Positions 31,394 through 40,949 of a stretch of DNA of 64,000 nucleotides are shown here, one piece after another. The notes below the pieces were generated by a model. It was not told the DNA's origin. It saw only the letters and a program-made list of their open reading frames with translations, and made no database searches. A program made the translations under genes and the position numbers. Origin of the DNA: Gammaproteobacteria bacterium (GTDB taxonomy: Bacteria; Pseudomonadota; Gammaproteobacteria; Magnimaribacterales; Magnimaribacteraceae). Position 1 is the first letter of the stretch; each line of letters starts with the position of its first letter. The DNA is taken from positions 5,417 through 69,416 of the forward strand of contig DQKS01000070.1 of assembly GCA_015660645.1 (NCBI GenBank), in the 5' to 3' direction.

Positions 31394-32540
31394 ATCTTCT
31401 TCCAACCATCGCAGATGCAATGTTAATTTTTTGGATATCTATGGTTCCTCCTGCTATACCCCAGCCCCAAACGTCTCTATACCTTCTTTCCATGGTGTAT
31501 TCTTTATTAAAACCATAGCCACCCATTAATTGCATTGCGGATGCAACAACTTCTCTCGCAGTTTCATTTGAAAAACATTTTCCAACACTAGACTCAAAGA
31601 TACTTGGGAAGCCTTCTTCTGCATTATGAGCTGCTCTATGAATCAGCAATCTGGCCGCCTCTACCTTCATTGCCATTTCAGCAAGTTTCATTTGTACAGC
31701 TTGAAACTCTACAATTGGTTTTCCAAATTGTTCTCTTTCTTGAACATATTTCAAGACTTGTTCAAGAGCCCCAGAAGCTTGACCTAGGCACATGGTAGCG
31801 TTGCCACACCTTTCGAGATCAAAAGCTTCCATGAGTTTTTTGAATCCTCCGTCTGCATCAACAACCATATTTTCTTTTGGTACTTCAACAGAATCTAAGA
31901 ATATATCTGCTGAGGGGACGCCATTCCACCCCATGAGATTTTCTTGTTGTCCGAAGCTTAGTCCTTTTGAATCTTTTTCGACATAGACAGCACCTATGCC
32001 TTTTGCACCAGGAGCTTCAGACATCTTGCAGTAAACGACATAGCCTTCTGAATGGCCGCCTCCCGAGCACCAGCGTTTAGTGCCATTGATAATAATTTTA
32101 TCTCCTTGGATTTCAGCTTTGGTAGTTAGATCAGTTAGGGCCGAGCCTGCATTAGGTTCTGACATTGATACAGCAATAATAATATTGCCTTTGCATACCT
32201 CGGGTATAACTCTTATTTTAAGATCTTCATTAGCAAAATGTTCGATGGCTTTTACAGGGCCAACACAACTCTCAAAAATTGGAAAAGCTACAGCAGAAGA
32301 TACTTTTGCAAACTCTTCTATTACCAAAAGAGCTTCAAGATTAGAAAGACCTAGTCCGCCGTATTTCTTATCTACATTGATTCCTAGGAAACCCATTTCT
32401 GCATATTTTTTTAGCCAGTCTTTTGGTAAAGGAATATTTTTTTCTTCCATTTCCAATGCAACTGAGGTCATTTCTTTTTGAGCAAATTCTCTTGCCACTC
32501 TTTGTAATTCAATTTGTTGTTGGTTTAGTGAAAAATCCAT
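31380..32540 (-). CDS. Acyl-CoA dehydrogenase
   Basis: 386 aa. MDFSLNQQQIELQRVAREFAQKEM... The C-terminus ...WGWGIAGGTIDIQKINIA has Gly at the MCAD Glu position. Confidence 0.88.
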   Translation of the reverse strand: MDFSLNQQQIELQRVAREFAQKEMTSVALEMEEKNIPLPKDWLKKYAEMGFLGINVDKKYGGLGLSNLEALLVIEEFAKVSSAVAFPIFESCVGPVKAIEHFANEDLKIRVIPEVCKGNIIIAVSMSEPNAGSALTDLTTKAEIQGDKIIINGTKRWCSGGGHSEGYVVYCKMSEAPGAKGIGAVYVEKDSKGLSFGQQENLMGWNGVPSADIFLDSVEVPKENMVVDADGGFKKLMEAFDLERCGNATMCLGQASGALEQVLKYVQEREQFGKPIVEFQAVQMKLAEMAMKVEAARLLIHRAAHNAEEGFPSIFESSVGKCFSNETAREVVASAMQLMGGYGFNKEYTMERRYRDVWGWGIAGGTIDIQKINIASAMVGRRFNQR

Positions 32541-32553
32541 ATTTATCTCCTAA

Positions 32554-33750
32554 TTAGACGATCCTATTCTTTTTAAATTCTAGGATTTCATCACCTGAAT
32601 ATCCTAAATCATGAAGGATCTGATTATTGTGTTCCCCTAATAAAGGTGCTCTTGTTTTTAATTCGCCAGGGTTGGCTGAGAGTTCAATTGCAGGCCCAAC
32701 TATAGGCACTGGTTGTTTTACTTCTGGGTATTTCATATCTTTAAAGACTTTTTTCTCTTTTATGTGATGATCACTCATAACATCTTTAGCTTTAAGGACT
32801 TCACCAACAGGTATCCTAAAAGCCTCAAGTTCTTCCATTGCTTCTTGATTGGTTCTTTTAGCGCACCATTCAGCCATTCTTTCACTAATAAGCATACTAT
32901 TATTCCCTCGACTTAGATCATCTTTGAAGCGTTCATCATCAAGCCAATCTTCTGCTCCTACTAGTTCAGTCCATCTTTTAAACAGAGGCTGGCCTACCGT
33001 CGCAACAAGAATCCAACCATTTTTTGTTTTGAAGGTATCTGAAGGACCTGAAGTTTGAGATCTATTCTGAGAGGCTACTCGATTGACTTTAAGAAGTTCT
33101 TGTTCAATTACTAGACTATTTGTCATTGTTAAAGCAGATTGCAATAAGGATGTTTGTACTCTTTGTCCTTTGCCAGTTTTTTCTCTTTCAATCAAAGCCA
33201 GTAAAGTTCCATAAGCTGCTAATGATGCACTGCAGAAATCTACATAAGGAGAATATGCTTTTGACGGTACATCAGGATCTCCCGTCATATCCATGGCACC
33301 CGACATAGCTTGTGCCACTCCATCAAACCCAACCCTCTCAGCATAAGGCCCTGTTGTTCCAAATGCAGTATTTGAAGTAAGAATAATAGCAGGATTTATT
33401 TTTGTAAGTCTTTCATAATCAAGACCCATTGAATGTAATGTATTGTCCGGAAGATTTGCAATTACTACATCTGAATTTTTGACTAATCTCGCAACGATTT
33501 CTTTCCCTTCCTTTTTTGTGGGGTTTACCGTGAAGCCAAGTTTATTTCTATTTAATTGAAGAAACATTGCTCCTTCTCCATTGTTAGTTACAGGAGTTAC
33601 AAAACGATCTTCACTTCCATCAACTCTTTCAATTCTAATAACTTCAGCTCCGTAATCGCCCAGCAAGGCACCGCAAAATGGTCCTGCTATATATCTTCCA
33701 AAGTCCAATACTTTTATTCCATCTAATATTCCGTGATTATTGTTATCCAT
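32554..33750 (-). CDS. Family III CoA-transferase (CaiB/BaiF family)
   Basis: GIKVLDFGRYIAGPFCGALLGDYGAEVIRIE N-terminal signature. 398 aa. Confidence 0.88.
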   Translation of the reverse strand: MDNNNHGILDGIKVLDFGRYIAGPFCGALLGDYGAEVIRIERVDGSEDRFVTPVTNNGEGAMFLQLNRNKLGFTVNPTKKEGKEIVARLVKNSDVVIANLPDNTLHSMGLDYERLTKINPAIILTSNTAFGTTGPYAERVGFDGVAQAMSGAMDMTGDPDVPSKAYSPYVDFCSASLAAYGTLLALIEREKTGKGQRVQTSLLQSALTMTNSLVIEQELLKVNRVASQNRSQTSGPSDTFKTKNGWILVATVGQPLFKRWTELVGAEDWLDDERFKDDLSRGNNSMLISERMAEWCAKRTNQEAMEELEAFRIPVGEVLKAKDVMSDHHIKEKKVFKDMKYPEVKQPVPIVGPAIELSANPGELKTRAPLLGEHNNQILHDLGYSGDEILEFKKNRIV

Positions 33751-34858
33751 TAACTTTCCTGTGTTTATTTAGAAATTCCCAGATCATATCATTTCCCCAA
33801 TTCACTTTTGATGGGTAGTCTTTTTTACAACTGTAATAATTAGAGACTGTATTAGCTTGTATATTATTCCTACAATAACCAGCATCTGGGGTTTGTCCAG
33901 GCCAATGATGACCTCCTTCTGGAATCATACAATTAACTACTTCGTGTGTGGAAATATCGCATTGCTTTCTTGAATAACAAATTAATCCTTCTTTTTTTGC
34001 TATCAACAGATCAGTTTTCTTAATTACACTATTGCATTTCATTGCGTCCGACCAAGAATTAAATGAGGTAAAAGGGTTTTCATAAAAGTATCCCCCCGAA
34101 GATTGAGAACTATCTGACGGGGTAGTTTTATCATTTTCTCCAAAAATCTGCATGTAAGGAAGAGATAATTTAGGGACACAGGAGCGTCCTCTGGTAATTG
34201 AAGGAACTACTGCTACAGCTGCTGTTAATAATTCAGGATAAGTGCATGCAAACCTATGGGTCATTGCACCACCATTACTCAATCCAACCATATATCTTCT
34301 ATTCTTATTAACCCTATAAGATTGTGAAACTAGTTCTATTACTTGTTTTATAAATCCAAGATCATCATAACAACTCGTCCAAGCGCACAGACCAAATTTT
34401 AAACACTCCTTTGGTCTAGGAGCTGGATTTGTTTCATGAGAACAGCTTGGGGGATGGCCAGGAGTTGGTTCTGCGTTGCTAACGATATCATTCCAAGAAC
34501 TTACAAAGGTGGCTTTGTCATTGTCTATAACATTGAAATGAGACCCTTGTGGGTAGACAGCTATATAGTTTTCTTTCTCAGCATGCAGATTGAGACCTTT
34601 ACTAGTTTCTCTTTCAAATCCACTAGAAGTTCCTACATATCCATGCAAACCAATAACCAAAGGAAAAGATTCTATTTTTAAATCTTTATACTCCTCTGGT
34701 AAATAGATTAAATATTCTCTTTCTATTCCCTGCCAAACTATCTTATGAGAAGAAAAATTTGTTTTATCATTACTAAGAATATTCAAGGATAAGATACCAA
34801 GTAGTAAGATTTTAATTATTATAAGAAATTGATTCATTGTCCCTAAAAGCGATCTCAT
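33743..34858 (-). CDS. Secreted esterase, PHB-depolymerase/LpqC-like family
   Basis: N-terminal hydrophobic signal, nucleophile motif MVGLSNGGAM, and Cys-rich mature part. 8-nt overlap with the CoA-transferase start. Confidence 0.7.
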   Translation of the reverse strand: MRSLLGTMNQFLIIIKILLLGILSLNILSNDKTNFSSHKIVWQGIEREYLIYLPEEYKDLKIESFPLVIGLHGYVGTSSGFERETSKGLNLHAEKENYIAVYPQGSHFNVIDNDKATFVSSWNDIVSNAEPTPGHPPSCSHETNPAPRPKECLKFGLCAWTSCYDDLGFIKQVIELVSQSYRVNKNRRYMVGLSNGGAMTHRFACTYPELLTAAVAVVPSITRGRSCVPKLSLPYMQIFGENDKTTPSDSSQSSGGYFYENPFTSFNSWSDAMKCNSVIKKTDLLIAKKEGLICYSRKQCDISTHEVVNCMIPEGGHHWPGQTPDAGYCRNNIQANTVSNYYSCKKDYPSKVNWGNDMIWEFLNKHRKVNG

Positions 34859-34875
34859 GATTATAATAAAGATAT

Positions 34876-35277
34876 ATGAGTAAAGTAGAAATACCAGAAG
34901 GTTATAAAAAATTAACTTTCAATCAGCCACATATAGAAACTTTAGGACCGGGCTATTACAAGCGTGAAAACAATAATTTGTATATGGCTTTTTATGTAAA
35001 GTCAGAGAACTGTAATGGTTACGGAACTGCACACGGAGGAGTGTTGATGGCTTTGGCAGATTTCACCATGGCCTCATCTGCTATGGAAGATAGAAACAGC
35101 TTAGTAACAACTGTAAGTTTTCACTCTGAATTCATAGCTCCAGCGGAGAAGGATAGTCTTCTAATTATTAGGGCTTCTCCAACAAAAGTAGGGAAATCAT
35201 TAGGTTTTGTTGAAGGCGATATTACTGTTGGAGGCAATGTGATAATTAATTTTGGAGGAGTGGTCAAAAAGCTTTAA
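34876..35277 (+). CDS. PaaI-family hotdog thioesterase
   Basis: 133 aa. ...GTAHGGVLMALADFTMASS... Confidence 0.72.
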   Translation: MSKVEIPEGYKKLTFNQPHIETLGPGYYKRENNNLYMAFYVKSENCNGYGTAHGGVLMALADFTMASSAMEDRNSLVTTVSFHSEFIAPAEKDSLLIIRASPTKVGKSLGFVEGDITVGGNVIINFGGVVKKL

Positions 35278-35282
35278 TATTT

Positions 35283-36479
35283 ATGAATAAAGATCTTGAT
35301 ATAGTAATTTACGGAGCCACGGGTTTTACAGGACAACTGTGTGTTAAATATTTAAAGTCTGTTGATGATGGCATTAATTGGGCAATAGCAGGAAGGAACA
35401 AAGAAAAGTTACGCGAAGTTGCTAAGAGCCAGGGAACAGAGGTAGAAATTATCGTCGCAGATTGTGAAGATGAAGAAGCTCTGGGTTTAATTACTAAAAG
35501 AGCAAAGGTAGTGTTATCCACTGCTGGACCTTTTCATAGGTATGGTTCTAAGTTAGTAGCATCTTGTGTAGAAAACTCTTCACATTATGTTGATATAACA
35601 GGAGAAAATTTTTGGGTAAAAGGTTTGATTGAAGAGCACCACGAAAAAGCTGCTTCTAAAGGAATCAGAATAATTCCTTCTTGTGGTTATGATTCTATAC
35701 CGTCTGATTTAGGTACCTACTTTTCTTCAACCAAAGTTGATGCTCCTATTAAAAGAGTAGAGTCTTTTCATACGGGGAAAGGAGGTGCGTCAGGCGGAAC
35801 TCTTGAAACTATGTTTTCTATGGGTAAGCTTGGTCTTGGCTCAGAGATGCAAGACACGTTCTTACTTAACCCTAAAGATTCTTTTTCTGAAGAGCAAAGA
35901 AAATTGAGCAGTGACAGGGTGGGGCTTATAGCTAAAAAAGAAGAAATTGATGCTTGGTCAGGTCCATTTGTTATGGCAACAGCTAACACTAGGGTTGTTA
36001 GACGAACAGCAGCGTTGCTTGCTGAAAGGCAAGAAAATTATGGTTCTGAATTTACTTATCAAGAATATGCGTTTCATGAATCTAGATGGGAAGCAATAAA
36101 AGCTTTATTTTATACAATTACAATAGGTATCGTTTTAATGACACCTTTAAAATATTTAGTCAGACCTTTTCTTCCAAAGCCAGGAGAAGGGCCAAGTGAA
36201 GAAGTACAAAGAACTGGTTTCTTTGATTGCAAATACGTAGTTGAAACTGAAGATGGTGTTAAAAGTGTCTACAGAATGTTTGGTGAAGGTGATCCGGGAT
36301 ATAAAGTGACATCTAAACTAGTAACGGAATGCGCTCTTGCATTGGTTAAAGATATAGATGCTTTACCCGGAGGTAGAGAGTATGGAGGTGTATTAACAAG
36401 TGCCTCTGGATTAGGTAGTGTTTTGATTGATCGTTTAAGTAAGGTTGGTATTTTATTTGAAGGACCTTTGAAACAATAA
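35283..36479 (+). CDS. Saccharopine dehydrogenase-like NAD(P)-binding oxidoreductase
   Basis: VIYGATGFTGQL Rossmann start. About 400 aa, typical of this family. Confidence 0.75.
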   Translation: MNKDLDIVIYGATGFTGQLCVKYLKSVDDGINWAIAGRNKEKLREVAKSQGTEVEIIVADCEDEEALGLITKRAKVVLSTAGPFHRYGSKLVASCVENSSHYVDITGENFWVKGLIEEHHEKAASKGIRIIPSCGYDSIPSDLGTYFSSTKVDAPIKRVESFHTGKGGASGGTLETMFSMGKLGLGSEMQDTFLLNPKDSFSEEQRKLSSDRVGLIAKKEEIDAWSGPFVMATANTRVVRRTAALLAERQENYGSEFTYQEYAFHESRWEAIKALFYTITIGIVLMTPLKYLVRPFLPKPGEGPSEEVQRTGFFDCKYVVETEDGVKSVYRMFGEGDPGYKVTSKLVTECALALVKDIDALPGGREYGGVLTSASGLGSVLIDRLSKVGILFEGPLKQ

Positions 36480-36480
36480 T

Positions 36481-37737
36481 TTAAATCCTAAAATTCTTCA
36501 GCTTCTTTCTAACCATTCTCTTTTTAAGTCTCGCAATATCGGGCAAGCCATCTTTAAAAGGAGGGTATGCCTCACCCTGAATCAAGGGGCTAAGGTAGTT
36601 CTTGCATGATTGGGTAATACCAAATCCTTCTTTAGTAATAAAGCTCTTTGGCATTTTCTTTTCAAAATTAGCAACTTCAGATAAGTTAACTTTACCTATT
36701 TCCCACTCGTATTTTTTAGATTTCTTCCTGATTATTATTGGCATAACAGCATTTTCGCCTGATAAGGCCATCTTAACAGCCGCCTCACCAACTGCGTAAG
36801 CTTGATCTAGATCTACTTGAGATGATATATGTCGAGCAGATCTTTGAAGATAATCTGAAACAGACCAATGGTATTTATAGCCAAGCTCTTTACCTATTAT
36901 GGATGCTATAAAAGGAGCCACACCACCTAATTGTGCATGTCCAAAAGAATCAATAGAGCCACTGTCAGCTAGAAATTTCCCATTTTTATCCTGAGCACCT
37001 TCAGAAACAACAATTACGCAATAGCCGCATGTCTTAACAGTTGATTTAACCTTTTTTAAAAAATCCTTTTGATTAAAAGGAACCTCTGGGAAAAGAATAA
37101 TATGCGGTGCATCGTTTTTTCTTTCAGCAGCAAGACCTGCAGATGCAGCAATCCATCCTGCATGCCTGCCCATCACTTCAAGTATGAAAACTTTTGTCGA
37201 GGTTTCTGACATGCTTTCAACATCAAGACCAGCTTCTCTAGTGGACGTAGATATGTATTTTGCAACCGAGCCAAATCCAGGACAGTTATCGGTGAAAGGA
37301 AGATCATTATCAATTGTCTTAGGTATACCAATGCAGGTTACAGGAAATCCTATATCAGCTGTTATCTTGGCTATTTTATTTGTGGTGTCTTGAGAATCTC
37401 CTCCTCCATTGTAAAAGAAATAGCCAATATTATGAGCTACGAAAACATCCATTAATCTTTTGTATTCTCTTTTATTAGTATCGAAGTCTTTTAATTTGTG
37501 TCGGCAAGAGCCAAAGGCTCCGCCCGGAGTATGAAGCAGTTTCTTGAGTTGAGATTTATCTTCTAAACTTGTATCAATAAGATTTTCTTTTAATATTCCT
37601 ATGATTCCATTTTGACCAGCATAAACCTTGTTAATTCTTTTTGATTTATTTGCTGTTTCAATAACGGCAGCAGCAGTAGCATTTATAACCGAAGTTACCC
37701 CTCCTGATTGAGCATAAAGTACATTCCTTTTATTCAT
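36481..37737 (-). CDS. 6-phosphofructokinase, PfkA superfamily, probably PPi-dependent type
   Basis: GGVTSVINA, NGGGDSQ and GIPKTIDNDL, with Lys where ATP-dependent E. coli PfkA has Gly124. The ATG at 37737 was chosen. The longer ORF to 37842 would overlap the mpl start. Confidence 0.75.
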   Translation of the reverse strand: MNKRNVLYAQSGGVTSVINATAAAVIETANKSKRINKVYAGQNGIIGILKENLIDTSLEDKSQLKKLLHTPGGAFGSCRHKLKDFDTNKREYKRLMDVFVAHNIGYFFYNGGGDSQDTTNKIAKITADIGFPVTCIGIPKTIDNDLPFTDNCPGFGSVAKYISTSTREAGLDVESMSETSTKVFILEVMGRHAGWIAASAGLAAERKNDAPHIILFPEVPFNQKDFLKKVKSTVKTCGYCVIVVSEGAQDKNGKFLADSGSIDSFGHAQLGGVAPFIASIIGKELGYKYHWSVSDYLQRSARHISSQVDLDQAYAVGEAAVKMALSGENAVMPIIIRKKSKKYEWEIGKVNLSEVANFEKKMPKSFITKEGFGITQSCKNYLSPLIQGEAYPPFKDGLPDIARLKKRMVRKKLKNFRI

Positions 37738-37799
37738 ATTTGAGATAGTACGTAAAAGTTCTCTAAGTTGGAATAGCTGATGGTAGGTATAATTAAAAA

Positions 37800-39161
37800 A
37801 TGATAAATAAAAAGATACATATTTTAGGGATATGTGGAACATTTATGGGAGGTCTTGCTCTTTTAGCAAGAGAATCAGGGTATGAAGTCTCTGGATGTGA
37901 TGAGAATATCTATCCTCCTATGTCCGATCATTTGAGAGAACAGGGTATCCAAATTAAACTCGGCTATGCTGTTGAAGATTTACCTGAAGCCGATGTTTAT
38001 TTAATAGGAAATGCTTTGTCTAGAGGTAACGAAGCAGTGGAGTATTTATTGAGCAAGAGAGTCAACATGCTTTCCGGACCAGAATGGCTTTATAGTTCCA
38101 TTCTAAAAAATAAGAAAGTTATTGCCGTCTCCGGTACTCATGGGAAAACGAGTACAACAGCAATGATTGCTTGGATTTTCGAATATTTAGGAAAAAATGT
38201 TGGTTATTTAATTGCAGGTAAGCCAAATAATTTTGAAGCTTCTTCAAGATTAGGTTCGGATGAAATTTTTGTAATTGAGGCGGATGAATATGACACTGCT
38301 TTCTTCGATAAAAGGGCAAAATTTATTCATTATCATCCAGATGTCTTAGTGCTGAATAACATTGAGTTTGATCATGCTGATATATATTCTGATCTTTCTC
38401 AAATTTTGAAGCAATTTCATCATCTTGTTAGGACAATGAAGGAAGAGGCATCAATAATTTTTCCTGAAACGGATGTCAACATTAAGACTTTACTTGAACT
38501 TGGTTGCTGGAGTAGAAAAATAGGCTTTAGTGGCAATAAAGACTCTACAAACTATTATAAAGCCTTAACAGAAGATTTTTCTTCATCTCAAATAGTTAGT
38601 GGAGAAACTGTAAGTACTTTAAATTGGTCTATGCTTGGCGAACATAATGCCATGAATGCGATGAGTGCTATATTAGCGTGTAAGAATTTTGGTACAAAGG
38701 TTGAAGATGCTCTTAAGGCTTTGGAATCATTTTTAGGAGTTGCTAGAAGACAGGAACTTATTTTAGAAACTGACGAAGTGATTCTAATGGATGATTTTGC
38801 TCATCACCCTACTGCTATAAAGACAACTTTAAAGGGTTTAAGAAATAAATATAAATCTAGTCGCATAATTGCTCTAATAGAGATGAGATCTAATACTATG
38901 AAATCAGGTTTTCACGATGATGTCCTTCATTCAGCTACGGAAGATGCTGATGTAGTTTATTGGAAGAGCAACAATAGTGATCAATTAGATTTATTAAAGG
39001 TTAATGCACCTGCTAAGACTAAGATTATTTCTTCTATCGAAGAAACAGTTGAAGATGTTATGGGATCATTACAACCCAATGACCTGCTTATAACTATGTC
39101 AAATGGCAGCTTTGATGGCTTGCCTGCTTCCTTATTCAAGGCGTTAAAGGGCAATGATTAG
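37800..39161 (+). CDS. mpl: UDP-N-acetylmuramate:L-alanyl-gamma-D-glutamyl-meso-diaminopimelate ligase
   Basis: HILGICGTFMGGLA start, Mur-ligase P-loop GTHGKTST. 453 aa. Confidence 0.88.
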   Translation: MINKKIHILGICGTFMGGLALLARESGYEVSGCDENIYPPMSDHLREQGIQIKLGYAVEDLPEADVYLIGNALSRGNEAVEYLLSKRVNMLSGPEWLYSSILKNKKVIAVSGTHGKTSTTAMIAWIFEYLGKNVGYLIAGKPNNFEASSRLGSDEIFVIEADEYDTAFFDKRAKFIHYHPDVLVLNNIEFDHADIYSDLSQILKQFHHLVRTMKEEASIIFPETDVNIKTLLELGCWSRKIGFSGNKDSTNYYKALTEDFSSSQIVSGETVSTLNWSMLGEHNAMNAMSAILACKNFGTKVEDALKALESFLGVARRQELILETDEVILMDDFAHHPTAIKTTLKGLRNKYKSSRIIALIEMRSNTMKSGFHDDVLHSATEDADVVYWKSNNSDQLDLLKVNAPAKTKIISSIEETVEDVMGSLQPNDLLITMSNGSFDGLPASLFKALKGND

Positions 39162-40356
39162 AATTTTATACGTAAGTTTAGTTTCGTGTTTTTTAATAAG
39201 CTGCACCGAAACGGATCCGCCTAATTTAAGTGAACAAATAGCTTCAGAAATGCTAATAGTTGATACACATATTGATGCGCCTTACAGATTGTGGGAACAA
39301 CATCAGTCAGGTCAGGAAATTGATGATATCTCTAAAATGACGACAGGTAATTTTGATTTTACTAAAGCGAAAAGTGGGGGGTTGAATGTTCCATTTTTTT
39401 CAATATATTTACCGGCTGAGACAGAAGAAAATGGAAGTGCGTATGAAGTGGCTAATAATCTCATCGACATGGTTGAGGACATCATTACTCTTAGCCCTGA
39501 TAAATTTACCTTAATTAAATCAACAGATGACATATCTTCTCTTGATATTAAAAATACTTTAGGAGTGGTCTTGGGAATGGAAAACGGAGCACCCATAGAG
39601 GGTGATTTATCAAGAGTTCAGTTTTTTTATGATCGAGGAATACGGTATATAACTTTAACTCACTCTAAAACTAATCATATTAGCGATTCATCTTATGATG
39701 AAAATATCCAATGGGGTGGTTTAAGTGATTTTGGAAAGCAATTAATAGAGGAGATGAATTCGGTTGGGATAATGGTAGATATTTCACATGTTAATGATGA
39801 TGCTTTTTACCAAGCCATAGAAATTAGTAACACGCCAGTCATAGCAAGCCATTCATCTTTAAGACATTTTACTCCGGGGTTTAAAAGAAATGTTGATGAT
39901 GAAATGTTGAAGGCTTTAGCAAAGAAGGGCGGAGTGATACAGATAAATTTTGGTAGTAGTTTTATTACAGAAGCTCCTGGTCTCTATTTTGATAAGATAA
40001 AGAAGTATATAAATGATCAAGTTATTGATTTAGAAAATTCCTCCAAAGAAGACATAGATAAAGTGAAAGCTGAATTTATGAGTAAAAATCCCTTCCCCTA
40101 TGCAAATGTTTCGCTTGTTGCAGACCATATAGACAGGGTTGTGGTTCTCGTTGGAATAGATCATGTTGGTTTAGGTTCTGATTTTGATGGGGTAGGGGAT
40201 TCGCTCCCCGAAGGTCTTAAGGATGTATCTATGTATCCTAACCTTATTAAGGAACTCCTTAATAGAGACTATAAAAGAGAAGATATTAGAAAAATCTTGA
40301 GCGGCAATCTTCTAAGAGTGTGGAAACAAGTAGAATCTTATGCAAGAGAAAACTAA
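39154..40356 (+). CDS. M19 (renal-type) membrane dipeptidase, lipoprotein
   Basis: Lipobox FLISC. VDTHIDAPY and later His/Asp metal-ligand regions (LTHSKTN, DISHV, GLGSDFDG). 8-nt overlap with mpl. Confidence 0.78.
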   Translation: MIRILYVSLVSCFLISCTETDPPNLSEQIASEMLIVDTHIDAPYRLWEQHQSGQEIDDISKMTTGNFDFTKAKSGGLNVPFFSIYLPAETEENGSAYEVANNLIDMVEDIITLSPDKFTLIKSTDDISSLDIKNTLGVVLGMENGAPIEGDLSRVQFFYDRGIRYITLTHSKTNHISDSSYDENIQWGGLSDFGKQLIEEMNSVGIMVDISHVNDDAFYQAIEISNTPVIASHSSLRHFTPGFKRNVDDEMLKALAKKGGVIQINFGSSFITEAPGLYFDKIKKYINDQVIDLENSSKEDIDKVKAEFMSKNPFPYANVSLVADHIDRVVVLVGIDHVGLGSDFDGVGDSLPEGLKDVSMYPNLIKELLNRDYKREDIRKILSGNLLRVWKQVESYAREN

Positions 40357-40942
40357 TAGGCCAGAAGAAGTAGCTTTATTTCCTTTAACAATAAATGTTC
40401 TTCCAGGTGCATATTTACCATTACAAATTTTTGAGCCTCGTTACCTTGATATGGTGAAGGATTGTTTAGGTAAAGGAAAAGGGTTTTGTATTGTTTTGAT
40501 CAAGAAAGAGGCGGGAGTTAGCCTTAAATCTGAACAACATTCAGCAACTGGTACTTATGTAGAAGTTGTGGATTTCAATCAATTAGAGAATGGACTTTTA
40601 GGTATAACTGTTCAGGGAAAACACAGAGTACAAATATTAGATCGGAAAGAGCAAGAAGATGGTCTGCTCATAGGTAGTGTTATGCAGTTAAAGGAAGCTA
40701 ATGATAGTTGTTTAGAAGAAGATTATAAAAATATTTGGAGAGTTCTTAGAGAAATTTCTGAACACCCTGAGATTAAAAAACTTCAGTTAGAAATAGATTT
40801 CTCTAGTTCATCTAGTGTTGCTTATAATCTAGCAAGCCTTTTACCAATCTCTCCTCTCGACAAGCAATTAATACTAGAGTCTAGTTCCAATCAGATTAGA
40901 TTAGATTCCCTAGAGGAATTACTTAGAAAGTTTAGAAGTTAA
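40340..40942 (+). CDS. LON N-terminal (substrate-binding) domain protein
   Basis: VALFPLTINVLPGAYLPLQIFEPRYLDMV is the classic Lon N-domain start. 200 aa, with no AAA or protease domain. Confidence 0.8.
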   Translation: MQEKTNRPEEVALFPLTINVLPGAYLPLQIFEPRYLDMVKDCLGKGKGFCIVLIKKEAGVSLKSEQHSATGTYVEVVDFNQLENGLLGITVQGKHRVQILDRKEQEDGLLIGSVMQLKEANDSCLEEDYKNIWRVLREISEHPEIKKLQLEIDFSSSSSVAYNLASLLPISPLDKQLILESSSNQIRLDSLEELLRKFRS

Positions 40943-40949
40943 GATTTAA

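Noticed and set aside
37738-37842. 35-aa N-terminal extension of the phosphofructokinase ORF
   Set aside because: It would overlap the divergent mpl start. The PFK homology (NVLYAQSGGVTSVINA) begins right after the ATG at 37737.
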